DNA from: Puccinia triticina
Taxonomy: Eukaryota
Assembly (NCBI GenBank): GCA_026914245.1
Contig: CP110439.1
Coordinates: forward strand, 2,914,001-2,978,000
Direction: 5' to 3'
Length of the DNA: 64,000 bases
Shown: positions 1 to 10,300 of the stretch, one piece after another
How the letters are laid out: each line of letters starts with the position of its first letter
How positions within the stretch are numbered: the stretch's first letter is position 1
Position numbers and translations under genes: made by a program
The notes under the pieces: model-generated
What the model saw: the letters and a program-made list of their open reading frames with translations, nothing else
Told to the model about the DNA's origin: nothing
The model's database searches: none

Positions 1-114
1 TGATTTTGACCACTGAGGATTACAACATTTCAACAATAACGAAGGGGAAGATAGACAATGTTGAGCATTGAACCATTAAGGATTTGAAAATCTAGTAGAG
101 AATTTTGGATTGAC

Positions 115-412
115 CTTGGAGATTTGGCATCTGGTCAACCGTCCAATCACTTCCTTTGGCAGATGCAAAAAGCTTTAGTGCAAGTTGAGAGCTTTTGGAG
201 TCTGCTGACCCTCTGGTAGGATCAATTACTACAGGGGATATTAATATCAATTTACATCGTGCTGCTCGGAATATGGTGCGCCAAGAAAATGAAAAGATCT
301 GTGCACCTGGTTCCCCATGGTGTACGAAACCATGTGCAAATGGAAGCATGCTCCTTGCTACTTGAAAGAGGCATACAGCCATTACCACTATTATTTGCAA
401 GAAAATAGACAT
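115..412 (-). CDS. Possible 5' exons of a small secreted protein gene running off the left edge
   Basis: ATG at 412 gives signal-peptide-like MSIFLQIIVVMAVCLFQVARS; plausible acceptor (tgtag ~230) and donor (gtcaat ~114). No family recognised. Confidence 0.3.
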
Positions 413-970
413 TGAAGAAGGCAGGAAAAGGGATTGAAAAATGTGTGAACCACAAAAAAACCTGCGGACGTAACACGAGTGGGCTTTCAATTTTGCAGAT
501 TGTTGGAGTGTTCGAGGGTCGTCGTGGAGTCTTTATAAGCGCAATCTGGATGAGAACTCTCCCTGAAAGCCGTCACAGTCAACTTGAGGCATGTATGGCC
601 AAAGGGTGATCTGATTTCTTCCGACAGTGAAGAAATCAGTTTTTCTGTTGCATATGAACTTCAACCGCTGGTACAAACTCGAGCCGTCATGTCACCGGCC
701 CTCCCTCACCTCGTTAAAACAATTCGGAATATAGGACTAGGCCAGATTGTTGGATTCCCAATGCACTGATGCTTTGGAATAGGTATTAGCAGAGACGTGA
801 ACGCCGCACATAAATACAATCTTAGCCCATTTCGTCATCCTGAAGTACATAGCATGGTAACACATTTTTCACACTGACTGGATGGGATTTCAATCTCAAA
901 AGGCGGGGGGCTGTTGGTAAAGGATGTTCAATTACAAAATTCCAAGTTACAACAGGCTTGAAGATACGAA

Positions 971-1341
971 ATTTTGAAACACGACAGGCTAACAGAGCAC
1001 AAACGATGAGTAATAGAATCCGGTTGACAGAAGACATGATAGAAAACAGGAAAGAGGTAAAATTTAACGCAAGTCTTCAGTTTCGGTCGTTGCTGCGCGA
1101 CCTTACAAGTTACAGCCGGAGGGGTTATCATACAAACTTGGAGATGACAGCGGGCTTGAAGACAGGAAGTTTTGAAACAACACAGGATGACAGGGCACGA
1201 ATAATAGAAACCGTTTGACAGAAGACATGATAGAAAACAGGAAAGAGGCAAAATTTGACGCAAGTCTTCAGGTTTGGTCGTCGCTGCGCGACCTGACACT
1301 CGGACTCCCAGAGGGGTTATTACACAAACTTTTTTGAAACA
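971..1341. repeat. Diverged tandem duplication, period ~190 bp
   Basis: ttgacagaagacatgatagaaaacaggaaagagg...ctgcgcgacct...gaggggttat occurs at ~1024 and ~1215. Confidence 0.85.
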
Positions 1342-1385
1342 ACTATGATGTTCAAATTTGGTTTGCATAATTTTAGGGGGTTAAT

Positions 1386-1536
1386 GGAGGACTTCCCGTT
1401 GGCTAAATTGCTTAATCTAGAGGGACAGGCTAAACCTTAGTGGCTGTAGAAATTTGATTGATATTGAGTTTTCACCAGCAAACAAGGTTTAGTGGCCTCC
1501 TCTAAATCAGGCCTTTTAGGCGACGGGAAGTCCTCC
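1386..1536. mobile_element. MITE, PIF/Harbinger (PHIS)-like, 3-bp TSD AAT
   Basis: TIRs GGAGGACTTCCCGT / ACGGGAAGTCCTCC; AAT at 1383-1385 and 1537-1539; inverted partial copy at 40721-40845. Confidence 0.85.
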
Positions 1537-1789
1537 AATAAATGTACCCGGTTTTTCCGCGTCTGTACCCGGTTTTTGCGTACCCCCTTTTCCGCGTACG
1601 TACCCGGTTTCTTTCTACTCATTTCTACGCAACGCAAATTATAGGCTTAAAATTCATCTAAAATCCTGAAAAGAATTATCATGCATTCAAAATCCCAAAA
1701 AACAACTATCATGCATTCAAAATCCCAAAAAACAACTTTGAATGATTCAATTAATTTTTTGCATACCCCCTTTTCCCAAGTGTGTACTA

Positions 1790-2182
1790 AGGCTTTGTTT
1801 GGAGCCAATATAAATATAGGTGATGTAATCATTGGTTAATTCAATGAAAACTACAAAATTCAACATAAAGCCTTCAAATATTTTTTCTAGGCAGCCTACA
1901 ATACTGGTCTCTTCAATTATGAAGTCAGATTCAACTGATTCAGCCATATTCAGTACTGTAGCACCATTATATTGCTTTTGACCAAAACAAAGCAATATAA
2001 TGGTATTATGGTGCTGAAGATGGCTGAATCAGTTAAATCTGACTTCATAGTTGATGAGACCAGTTACCAGTACTGTAGGTTTCCTACAAAAAAAATTGAA
2101 TTCTTTATGTTGAGTTTTGTATTTTTTATTGAATTTACAAATGATTATGTCACCTATATTTATATTGGCTTCAAACAGGGCC
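1790..2182. mobile_element. Foldback/MITE-like long inverted repeat centred ~1985
   Basis: The ~195-bp arms are diverged reverse complements (gagccaatataaatataggtga / tcacctatatttatattggctt); short tandem repeats at 1543-1740. Confidence 0.75.
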
Positions 2183-2606
2183 TAAGGGAATATCTTTTTT
2201 GTTACATGTACCAGGGTTCCAAAAAATTGAGGGAACATTTGGGTGCGTACCATACGTTTTAGGTCTTTTTGGAATGGATTCCCACATGAATCAAAAAAGC
2301 ACTTTACCAATTTTTTTTTTTTTTTGACTTCTGAGAAACAGGTTCACCTAAATTGGTGTACCACAGGAACCAGTTTCTTTAGATACATACATAAATACAC
2401 ATTACCCCTAGTGACTAGTCCCTCCCATCAATGTCACTTCCCAGAAAACTGACTACTCCACTCAATGACCTGCACTGGTCATCAAGTGGAGCATAGCCTC
2501 CAATCAACAACCGGTCAACACCGGTCATCAATCAGAGGGTCCACTCCACTGGATGACCAATGTTGCCCGGTCATCAATTGGAGTACACCCTCCAATCAAT
2601 GACCGA

Positions 2607-3147
2607 TGTGGTGGTCAACCCGGTAGTCAAATTATTTTTCAGTTCTCAAATTCCACCGGCGCTCATCTCAAGATCAAGACTCTCAAGACTCAAGGCTCTC
2701 AGACTACCCTTTCTTCTCTTGTTTTGTCCTTATTCCTCTATCCCCTCTCCCTTTCTACTTTTCTTGGTCCTAACACAGTTTGTGCTGTTGGTTTTATTCC
2801 TTGTCTTCTGTTTGTTTTATCTATTTCTTTTCTTTCTTCTCTCTGGTGTGTTTCATGTCTTTCTCATCTCTTAGGCTGTGTGATCTGTTGTGTTGTTTTC
2901 TTTTGGTTTTGCTTCTTGTTTTTCTTTTTTGTTCTTGTCTTTTGTCTGTGTGTTGTGTTGTGTGCGCGCGCACTGCGCGCAAGGAGATGATGAAATGTAT
3001 GTGACATGTTGCCTCCCCGAGTCCAAGTTCGCAGAACTTGGAGGAGGGGAGCGGCATGGCATTCTGATCCGCCATCTCAAGTCAAGAGTCAAGAATCCGA
3101 GTCCGACATAGCGCTGCCGCCGGCCTAGCATCGGGCGGAGCTCCATA
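2607..3147 (+). repeat. Gypsy-A 5' LTR (541 bp, lacks 185 bp present in the 3' LTR)
   Basis: TGTGG...CCATA; near-identical to 10301-11026 apart from the missing 10804-10988 segment. Confidence 0.95.
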
Positions 3148-3149
3148 TT

Positions 3150-3200
3150 TGGTCCCCCGAGCCGGGATCGAACCAGCGACCTCAAGATTTACAGTCTCGC
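3150..3200 (+). promoter_or_regulatory. Extended primer-binding site complementary to mature tRNA-Tyr(GUA)
   Basis: Reverse complement GCGAGACTGTAAATCTTGAGGTCGCTGGTTCGATCCCGGCTCGGGGGACCA gives an anticodon arm (GTA), variable loop, T arm, acceptor 3' strand, A73 and CCA. Confidence 0.9.
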
Positions 3201-3490
3201 ACTGTGGTTTTGAGGCCGTTTGGCGGTTATATTTTTTTCTTTTCTTTTCTCTTTAGCTCTCGGCGAGTAGAATCCGGTAACCGCAGCTGAATTTGCTTCG
3301 GTTCTTTTCTTATTCTCTGCAATCTCCATCCATCCAACCATCGTTCATCGCCCTGTGGTTGCTCGTCGAACCTCTTCGCTCGCTTGATTTGGAGTGCTTC
3401 TGTCTCCGATTCTCGTTTCCGATCAAGGTCGACGTTAATTTCTTTTTTATCTTTTCAAGTGTTCAGTCGCGGGGTAAAGGAGAGGTAGAA

Positions 3491-3602
3491 GTAAGTCCCC
3501 TCCATTAGTGCACCTCCAAGGGTATTTCTACACATCGTCGAAAAAAAAGCAACCTAGCCACGCTGTGAGCCATACCCCATTGCCCGTCAAATTTCTTCCT
3601 AG
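3491..3602 (+). other. Intron-like structured cassette, copy 1 (5' leader)
   Basis: GTAAGT..TGCACC..GGGTA..GCCACGCTGTGAGC..pyrimidine tract TAG; 112 nt; ends 10 nt before the gag ATG. Confidence 0.7.
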
Positions 3603-3612
3603 GGACGTCACG

Positions 3613-5754
3613 ATGGTCAAAATCAAGTCGCCGAACAAGCGGCTATGTTTCGATGGAACCAAGGTTGAGAGGTTTATCAAAACCTACGAGATGGTGGCTA
3701 GTTTGGACGAGGCCACCGAGCTGGACATGGCCCGGCAGATTCGGTTGTTTCTTGCTACCGACGAGCTGTTGGATATTCTCGAGACGCTGGAAGGGTTCAG
3801 CCCCCCCGATTGGCCGAAGCTCAAGGCCGTGATGATTGCCTACTGGGGCCAGGTGGACACCGCAAGGTTCACTACGCGGGACCTGACTTCTCTGGTCAAA
3901 GATTGGGTTTCCAAGGGCGGTGTGGCTTCAGCGACGGATTATCAGAAGTTTCGCCAGTCTTGGGAGCCAATACAGTCGTACCTGCTCTCGAAAGCCCACA
4001 TCGATTCAGTGGAGGAGATCCGAAACTTGTATTATCAAGCCTTCTCGGCCACCGCTCAGGACGAAATCAGGAAGAAGTTAATCCGGGATGGTACTATGGT
4101 GACGACCCTGGACCACCGATTCAAGCTGCCCACCTTCAAGATTCTTAAAGATGCCGTGGACGCCGTGATGAAGGAGCAAACTGCGCTCACGTTTGAGGAG
4201 TCGAGGACCGGACAGCCCGTCGTTGGGCCCTCATTTCAAGAGGGAAATTCCGTCATGAAGAAGATGGGCGACGATTGTCGTCCCAAAGAGGCTCAGGCGC
4301 CTTCGAAACCTGTCACGACCATCGACGAGCTTTTGAGGATGTTGGAAGCCTTTGAGAATAAGATTGATCAGAAAATTGCGGCTATTCCCGGAAAGGCATT
4401 GGCGCCTACGGATCGCCCTCCACTTGTCTGCTATTACTGCCACCGAGAGAATCACGGGACCTCGAGATGTCAGGAACTGGTGAAGGACAAGGAGGCGGGC
4501 CTTGTTGAGCAACGAGGCACCAATTTTTTCCTCCCAAACGGGGCGCTCATCCCGTTCGATCGTAGTAGACCTATTCGGCATGTTGTGGCGTCGTTTCGCC
4601 CCACTTCTTCCGCAACTCCGCCAAGGCCTCCGACTCCGACTCGACAGCCATCTAATGCGGCTGCTGCAGAATACAAGGCGAGCTGCGGATCGTTGAACCC
4701 CTGGTATCCGCCAGCAGTGTCCTCTCAGTCTTTTGCCGGAGCGTACGAGTCCGACCCAGCAGGAAGGAAGCGACACGAAGAGCCAAGGCCATTCAAGGCC
4801 CCCTTAGTTCCGTCAACTCAGTCGCGGAGGCCGCTGCGGAAGACACCAGGAGCATCGACAGATTCAACAAGACCTCAAGAGGAGGACGAACCGGAGCTCC
4901 TCGACAGGATTATGAATGAGCCGGAGGCCGAGCCCGTTCCATCAAAGGAACAGTCAACACGTCCAGCCACTCCTTCTAAAGCCACAGGGCAACCGTCAAA
5001 GGTCCGATTCGAGCGCGAGGTCTCTCGCGACCACCCAGATGCGGTCGACGGACTTGTCAAGAGGATTTTCGATCTACCAGTGACCACGACTGTAGGGGAG
5101 ATTTGTTCGGTCTTCCCAGCGGTCTCGGACGGAGTGAAGAAATGGGTCTCCCGCCGCCGCGTGGAGGTTGGCTCGGAGGACCTAAAAGTGAATTCGGGAA
5201 CGCTGGCCGAGGGAATCAATCCAGATGGGGAGTTCGACCCCAATCTGTATTCCTGTCCACTCGGCTATCTAAGCTGTAGTGTAGGGGAAGGCGAGGCGAT
5301 CTCGTCCCTGTTGGTCGACTCTGGCTCCCAGCTCAACTTAATCTCGGACTCGTTAGCGGTCAAACTGAATCTCACGCCGCGAGTAAATTTTAGTTCAGCG
5401 GTTTATGGGATCAACAATCAAGCATGCGAGCTGATCGGTATCGCTGAAGACGTGCCAGTTCGAATAGGGCGCTCCATAGTGGGCACTTGCCACTTTTGGA
5501 TCACCCGAGCGGACGGACCCTTCATCTTGGGACGTCCGTTTTTGATGGATTTCCAAGCTTCGCTTTTGTTTTCGCCTACGTACGGGGAGCGGATTATCCT
5601 GCCGGATCCCAGCGGTAGGAACATCGAAGTCACCCTCTGCCCCGTCGACAAGGGGAGGTGGGAGCGCGAGTTTCCGTCTCACGGCCGGAAGGGTGTATTG
5701 GTGCACTGCGGGCGTCTCCAGGAAACCTCCGAAGAAGATCCTCATTTTTTATGA
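3613..5754 (+). CDS. gag: Gag-protease polyprotein of Gypsy-A
   Basis: Open ORF with CCHC knuckle CYYCHRENHGTSRC and aspartic protease motif LVDSGSQ. Confidence 0.92.
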   Translation: MVKIKSPNKRLCFDGTKVERFIKTYEMVASLDEATELDMARQIRLFLATDELLDILETLEGFSPPDWPKLKAVMIAYWGQVDTARFTTRDLTSLVKDWVSKGGVASATDYQKFRQSWEPIQSYLLSKAHIDSVEEIRNLYYQAFSATAQDEIRKKLIRDGTMVTTLDHRFKLPTFKILKDAVDAVMKEQTALTFEESRTGQPVVGPSFQEGNSVMKKMGDDCRPKEAQAPSKPVTTIDELLRMLEAFENKIDQKIAAIPGKALAPTDRPPLVCYYCHRENHGTSRCQELVKDKEAGLVEQRGTNFFLPNGALIPFDRSRPIRHVVASFRPTSSATPPRPPTPTRQPSNAAAAEYKASCGSLNPWYPPAVSSQSFAGAYESDPAGRKRHEEPRPFKAPLVPSTQSRRPLRKTPGASTDSTRPQEEDEPELLDRIMNEPEAEPVPSKEQSTRPATPSKATGQPSKVRFEREVSRDHPDAVDGLVKRIFDLPVTTTVGEICSVFPAVSDGVKKWVSRRRVEVGSEDLKVNSGTLAEGINPDGEFDPNLYSCPLGYLSCSVGEGEAISSLLVDSGSQLNLISDSLAVKLNLTPRVNFSSAVYGINNQACELIGIAEDVPVRIGRSIVGTCHFWITRADGPFILGRPFLMDFQASLLFSPTYGERIILPDPSGRNIEVTLCPVDKGRWEREFPSHGRKGVLVHCGRLQETSEEDPHFL

Positions 5755-5821
5755 GTAGGGTCGATCCACAAGCCGGAGGTCTTAATTTAGGGTCTCGACT
5801 TCTTACCGGCGGATCGACCTA
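5745..5821 (+). promoter_or_regulatory. -1 ribosomal frameshift signal
   Basis: Slippery T TTT TTA (5745-5751) directly before the gag stop, followed by stem gtagggtcgatcc...ggatcgaccta(c); the -1 frame joins pol once the MITE is removed. Confidence 0.8.
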
Positions 5822-6176
5822 CAGTTGCGCAAGGCAATAACCTGTACCAACGCGCCTGCAAAAAAGGCCCAACTTTGAGGGCTTATAACTTGTGTAATAA
5901 TCATGCTACAGTTACATACTGAGTATCTTTTTAAACTACAAAAGTGTGAGAACATGAAAGTATGTGGTAAATACCCAAAGAATGCCTCTAACAACTTGGA
6001 AAAAAAATTGAGGCTTGCTACAGGCTGTCACTAGATATTTTCATGTTCTATTGCTTTGGTAGTTTCCAAAGGTATTTTTGATGTAATTTTGGCATATGTA
6101 TTACACAAGTTATAAGCCCTCAAAGTTGGGCCTTTTTTGCAGGTGAGTTGGTACAGGTTATTGCCTTGCGCAACTG
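5822..6176. mobile_element. Tc1/mariner-type MITE (355 bp)
   Basis: ~78-bp TIRs starting CAGTTGCGCAAGGC; TA TSD at 5820-5821 and 6177-6178. Confidence 0.93.
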
Positions 6177-6178
6177 TA

Positions 6179-9100
6179 CTATCCAGCGGCCCAAAATTCC
6201 AGTAATTTTCCAGTCTTTTCCACTTTGGTTTCACTCTGCGACTCATCAAGAAATCATCAAGATCAAAAACATCCAGAAAACCAGCAAAATCCCAAAAACA
6301 TTGGTCCGGTTTCGTTCAATTCTCCGTTCTCTCACCTTTCTCAAATATTCTCTTATGGTTCTTCAAGAGGCGGGCGACGAGTTCGCGACGGGCAGCATGG
6401 GGTCTCAGCGGGGGCACAAAGTGTAAAAGTAAGTCCCCTTCCCTGTATGCACCACCGGGTAGATACTACCTCCTCGTCAAAAACACTATCTCGTGCCACG
6501 CTCGTGAGCAACTCCGTGGACTCCAACTTCTCTCCTGTTTTAGGAGGTAAACTATCACCCGATCCTCGTCTCCGCGACAAGACTAAACTATCATCCGATC
6601 CTCGTCTCCGCGACGAGAATAAACTAGTTTCGTCCTTTGTGACCCTCCGCGATGAGGCTAAACTAGGCTTGTCTGCAGAGACCCTCCGCAATGAGGCTAA
6701 ACTTCCGAGCCTCCGCGACGAGGGAAAACTAAAGATCCTCCGAGATGAGGTGAAACTACGATCGATGGGCAAACAAGATCAGTATCGAATGGAAGCGGAA
6801 GGAGGATGGATATATTTCAATCTGCCGTGGAGGATGGAGGGACTCAAAGTAAGTTCTCTCCATAGTGCACCTCCGAGGGTAGATACCCACCGTTCTGTCA
6901 AAACCCTACGACATGCCACACTCGTGAGCCGCCCCCCACTTTCCGGTTTGTCCTATGCAGATAAAGCAGCGTTTGAGGATTTGGCGGAGTTGCGGACTTG
7001 GAGCTTGCTCCAACGAGGGATGAGCGGGCGCGCTCAAGTGGCTCTTCTGGAAGCGTGGAGAGCTGGCGAGTATTTAGCATTCGCAGCTAAGTACAAACCC
7101 GTTGCGCGGAAAGTTAAACCCGTCAACCAGCCGATGCCGCAGGGCCTCAATCCTCCTCTTCGACGGCCACCTCTGTCCCGGGATCCCTACCGACCCCTTC
7201 CGCGATCCTTGGCCGGCCCTTTTATTCCGCAAGGGCGTGTCACCGAAGAGCGCCTTGCCGTGGTGAACTTTGGTCCCCAAGGCTGGCTCTGGCCCGACGA
7301 GCTGAACGTCATCAAAAACGTTTTGTCGGAGCGTAATCAAGCTATCGCTTTCGACGAGTCTGAGCGCGGACTGTTGAAAGATTCGTACGGTCTGCCCTAC
7401 ATCATCCCGGTCGTCGAGCATGAACCTTGGCAAAAGAAGCGTATACCGATACCCGCCGCTAAGCTGGACGAATACACCAGGATTCTCCGCGAGCGGGTGC
7501 GAACCGGATTGTATGAACAGTCGACCTCATCATACTCGTCTCCCGTCTTCTGCGTCTTGAAGGGCAACGGAAAGCTTAGAATCGTACATGACCTCCAGCC
7601 GTTGAATTGGGTGACGGTCAAGGACGCCGGTGTTCCCCCGGCAACTGAAGACTTTGTGGACTCATTCTCTGGCCGAGCCTGCTATGGGCTCGGAGATATT
7701 TTGGGCGGCTACGACGAGCGCGCCCTCGACCCTATCTCTCGACCACTAACTACCTTTGACACTCCCCTCGGGAGATTCCAGCTAACCCGCCTTCCGCAGG
7801 GCGCCACCAACTCTGTTGCCGTCTACCAGGCACAGATGATGTGGGTCCTGCAGGACGAGATTCCCGACCATGCGGGGGTGTTCATCGATGATGGGGGCAT
7901 CAAGGGCCCGGCTTCCGACTACAACGGGGAGGTTCTGTCCTGGCATTCTGGTGTCAGGCGGTTCATATGGGAGTACGCCGCGACGCTTGAGCGGATTTTG
8001 TTCCGGATTGAGGAGGCCGGGTTGACCGTTTCGGCGGCCAAGCTGGCCGCATGTGTGCCCGCATTGGAGATTGTCGGCCACGTGGTTTGCAAGGAGGGGC
8101 GGCGGATGGCGAAAAGCAAGGTTAACAAGATTTTGTCTTGGCCCACCCCCATTGATGCTACAGAGGTCCGCGGTTTCTTAGGCGTTGTGGTGTACGTTAG
8201 GATTTTTATTCCAGCGCTGTCCCAGATCTGCCTTCCTCTTCGGCGCTTAACCCGGAAAGATACTGAATTTCTCTGGACGGATGATTGCGCGGAGGCATTC
8301 GAGCGGCTTAAGTCTTTGGTAGGGCGGGATATCGTTCTAGTCAAAGTGGATTACGGGCCGAATGCCGGTCGTCTCAAGCTCGCGGTGGACTCCAGTTTCT
8401 ACGCCGCGGGGGCAGTTCTCACCCAGGCAGACGGCAACGGTCTCGATCGACCTGCGCTTTATGAATCCCTGTTATTCTCCGATGTGGAATCTCGTTATTC
8501 GCAACCTAAACTCGAGCTCTGTGGAGTTGCGAGGATCCTGAAGAAGCTTCAAATCGTTCTCTGGGGGCAGCATTTCGAGCTCCTCGTCGATGCTCAGTCA
8601 CTCGTTCAGATGATCAATGCGCCGAGCTTACCCAACGCTCCAATGACGCGATGGGTTTCTTTCATCCACTTGTTTTCCTTCGACATCACTCATCGCCCAG
8701 GCAAATCCTTCACGATGCCGGACGGACTTTCCCGCAGACTGCAAGGTGACGACGAGTCAGATCCTCCCGCGTCAGAATTTGACGAGGAAGCGCCTCTTAT
8801 TAGACCCCTTTCCACCTTCTCGGGCGAGACAGCTCCATCGTACACTGGCTATCAGGAGGGATTTTGGCGACACTTGGAGGATTATCTCGTGACTTTGACA
8901 CGGCCACCGGACATGGACTCAGTGTTGTTTCAAGCGTTAAAACGGAAGGCCTCGGATTTCTTTGTTCAGGTGGGACGTCTCATGAAGAGGGGTAGCCCTC
9001 TACCTTGGATTGTTGTCACGATTCCAGGCAAGCAGGATGATATCCTTCGCGAGTTACATGAAGGTCTCGGCCATCGAGGCACGGCAGAAACTTACCGCCG

Positions 9101-10118
9101 TGTCTCCGAACGGTTTTGGTGGCCTGGACTCAAGAAGGCCGCGCAAAGTTGGTGTCGCAGCTGTGAGGCTTGTCAGAAACGCGACTTGCATCGGCCGATG
9201 GAAATGCGCTACCCGACCGGGGAGAACACTTTGTTTGGGCGGGTGTCGATGGATGTTGTCCACATCAAAGCGAGCGGCGCGAAATATCTTATAGTCGCTC
9301 GTGACGACTTCTCGGGCTGGGTCGAGGCGAAATTCCTCAATAATATCACCTCAGAGGCGGTGGCGGCGTTTCTTCAAGAGCAGTGGACGATGCGTTACGG
9401 ACTAGCTCGTTCTTATTCTACCGACGGAGGCTCGGAGTTCGGTGGTGCGTTAGCGGAGATGCTGCGCGCGCTCCCGGGTCAGCACAGAGTATCGACACCT
9501 TACTATCCAGAAGCTCAAGGCATGGTCGAGCGAGGACACGCACCGCTTAAAGCAGCACTCGTCAAGCTCGCCGGCGAATCAGGCAAGAACTGCAAGAAGT
9601 ACTTGCTGCTCATACTCTTCGCGGACCGTATTTCGACCAAGCGCACAACCGGGTTCTCGCCATACGAGCTAGTGTTTGGCCAGCGCGCGGCTCTGCCTAT
9701 CGACTTGGACATTGAGTCATTCCTTGGGGTCGAATGGGAGGAGGTCCGGAGTACCACCGATTTGCTGATTGCGCGCTCTCGACAGCTTGAGCGCAGCGAC
9801 GAGTCCCGCAAGATTGCGCACGAGCGCATGATGAAGTCTCGAGCGGATTCGGTCCGCTACTGGCAGGAGCGAAATGCATCGCGGCTGCGCGACCCTCTAG
9901 CTCCCGGCACTCTAGTACTCGCTTACAACCGATCACTGGAGGTCCAATGGGGCCAGCTCTTCGCTCACAAGTGGAACGGGCCTTATCGGGTCGTCGCGCA
10001 GGTTCAAGGTGGTTCCTACGTCCTCGCCGAGCTTGATGGCACGGAACTCAAACGCCGGTTCGCGGCGGATCAGGTCAAGAAATATTTTCCTCGTGGGGGC
10101 ATTGAGGACCAAAAGTAA
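6179..10118 (+). CDS. pol: Pol (RT-RNase H-integrase) of Gypsy-A; N-terminus cut off by the MITE
   Basis: RT motifs LPQG and FIDD; RNase H AVDSS; integrase HHCC (LHEGLGH..CEAC) and D,D35E (MDVVH, TDGGSEF, VERG). No chromodomain evident. Confidence 0.95.
6429..6543 (+). other. Intron-like structured cassette, copy 2 (inside pol ORF)
   Basis: GTAAGT..TGCACC..GGGTA..GCCACGCTCGTGAGC..TTTTAG; 115 nt. Confidence 0.7.
6546..6760 (+). repeat. Coding tandem repeat (LRDExKL, ~7 units)
   Basis: Repeated ctccgcgacgag..aaact units between cassettes 2 and 3. Confidence 0.85.
6849..6960 (+). other. Intron-like structured cassette, copy 3 (inside pol ORF, upstream of RT)
   Basis: GTAAGT..TGCACC..GGGTA..GCCACACTCGTGAGC..TGCAG; 112 nt. 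Confidence 0.7.
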
Positions 10119-10234
10119 GTTCCCCCTCCTTAGTATGCACCTCGGGTATCTACTACCGAAAAAATTTGTTGTAAGCTCTACATTCGCCACTCTCGTGAGC
10201 CACCTGCGGGTCCCCTTCTGTTTCTTTTCGTCAG
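10115..10234 (+). other. Intron-like structured cassette, copy 4 (its GTAAGT supplies the pol stop codon)
   Basis: GTAAGT..TGCACC..GGGTA..GCCACTCTCGTGAGC..TTTTCGTCAG; 120 nt. Confidence 0.7.
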
Positions 10235-10300
10235 CGCGGTTCGACAGGATCTTCGGCGGAGAACGCACAGTCTAGGGACAGACTGTAAGTGGTGGTGGGA

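Noticed and set aside
2553..3185. Hydrophobic ORFs within the LTRs as stand-alone genes
   Set aside because: T-rich, A-poor composition keeps several frames open; they are duplicated simply because they lie in the LTRs.
3150..3200. Functional tRNA-Tyr gene on the minus strand
   Set aside because: Lacks the D arm and 5' acceptor strand, has encoded CCA, and sits exactly at the PBS position.
6429..6543. Cassettes as TPP riboswitch, hammerhead, HDV or twister ribozyme, or C/D snoRNA
   Set aside because: By eye there is no CTGAGA TPP core, no CTGATGA/GAAA pair, no HDV P3/L3 pairing and no C/D boxes; an Rfam search is still needed.
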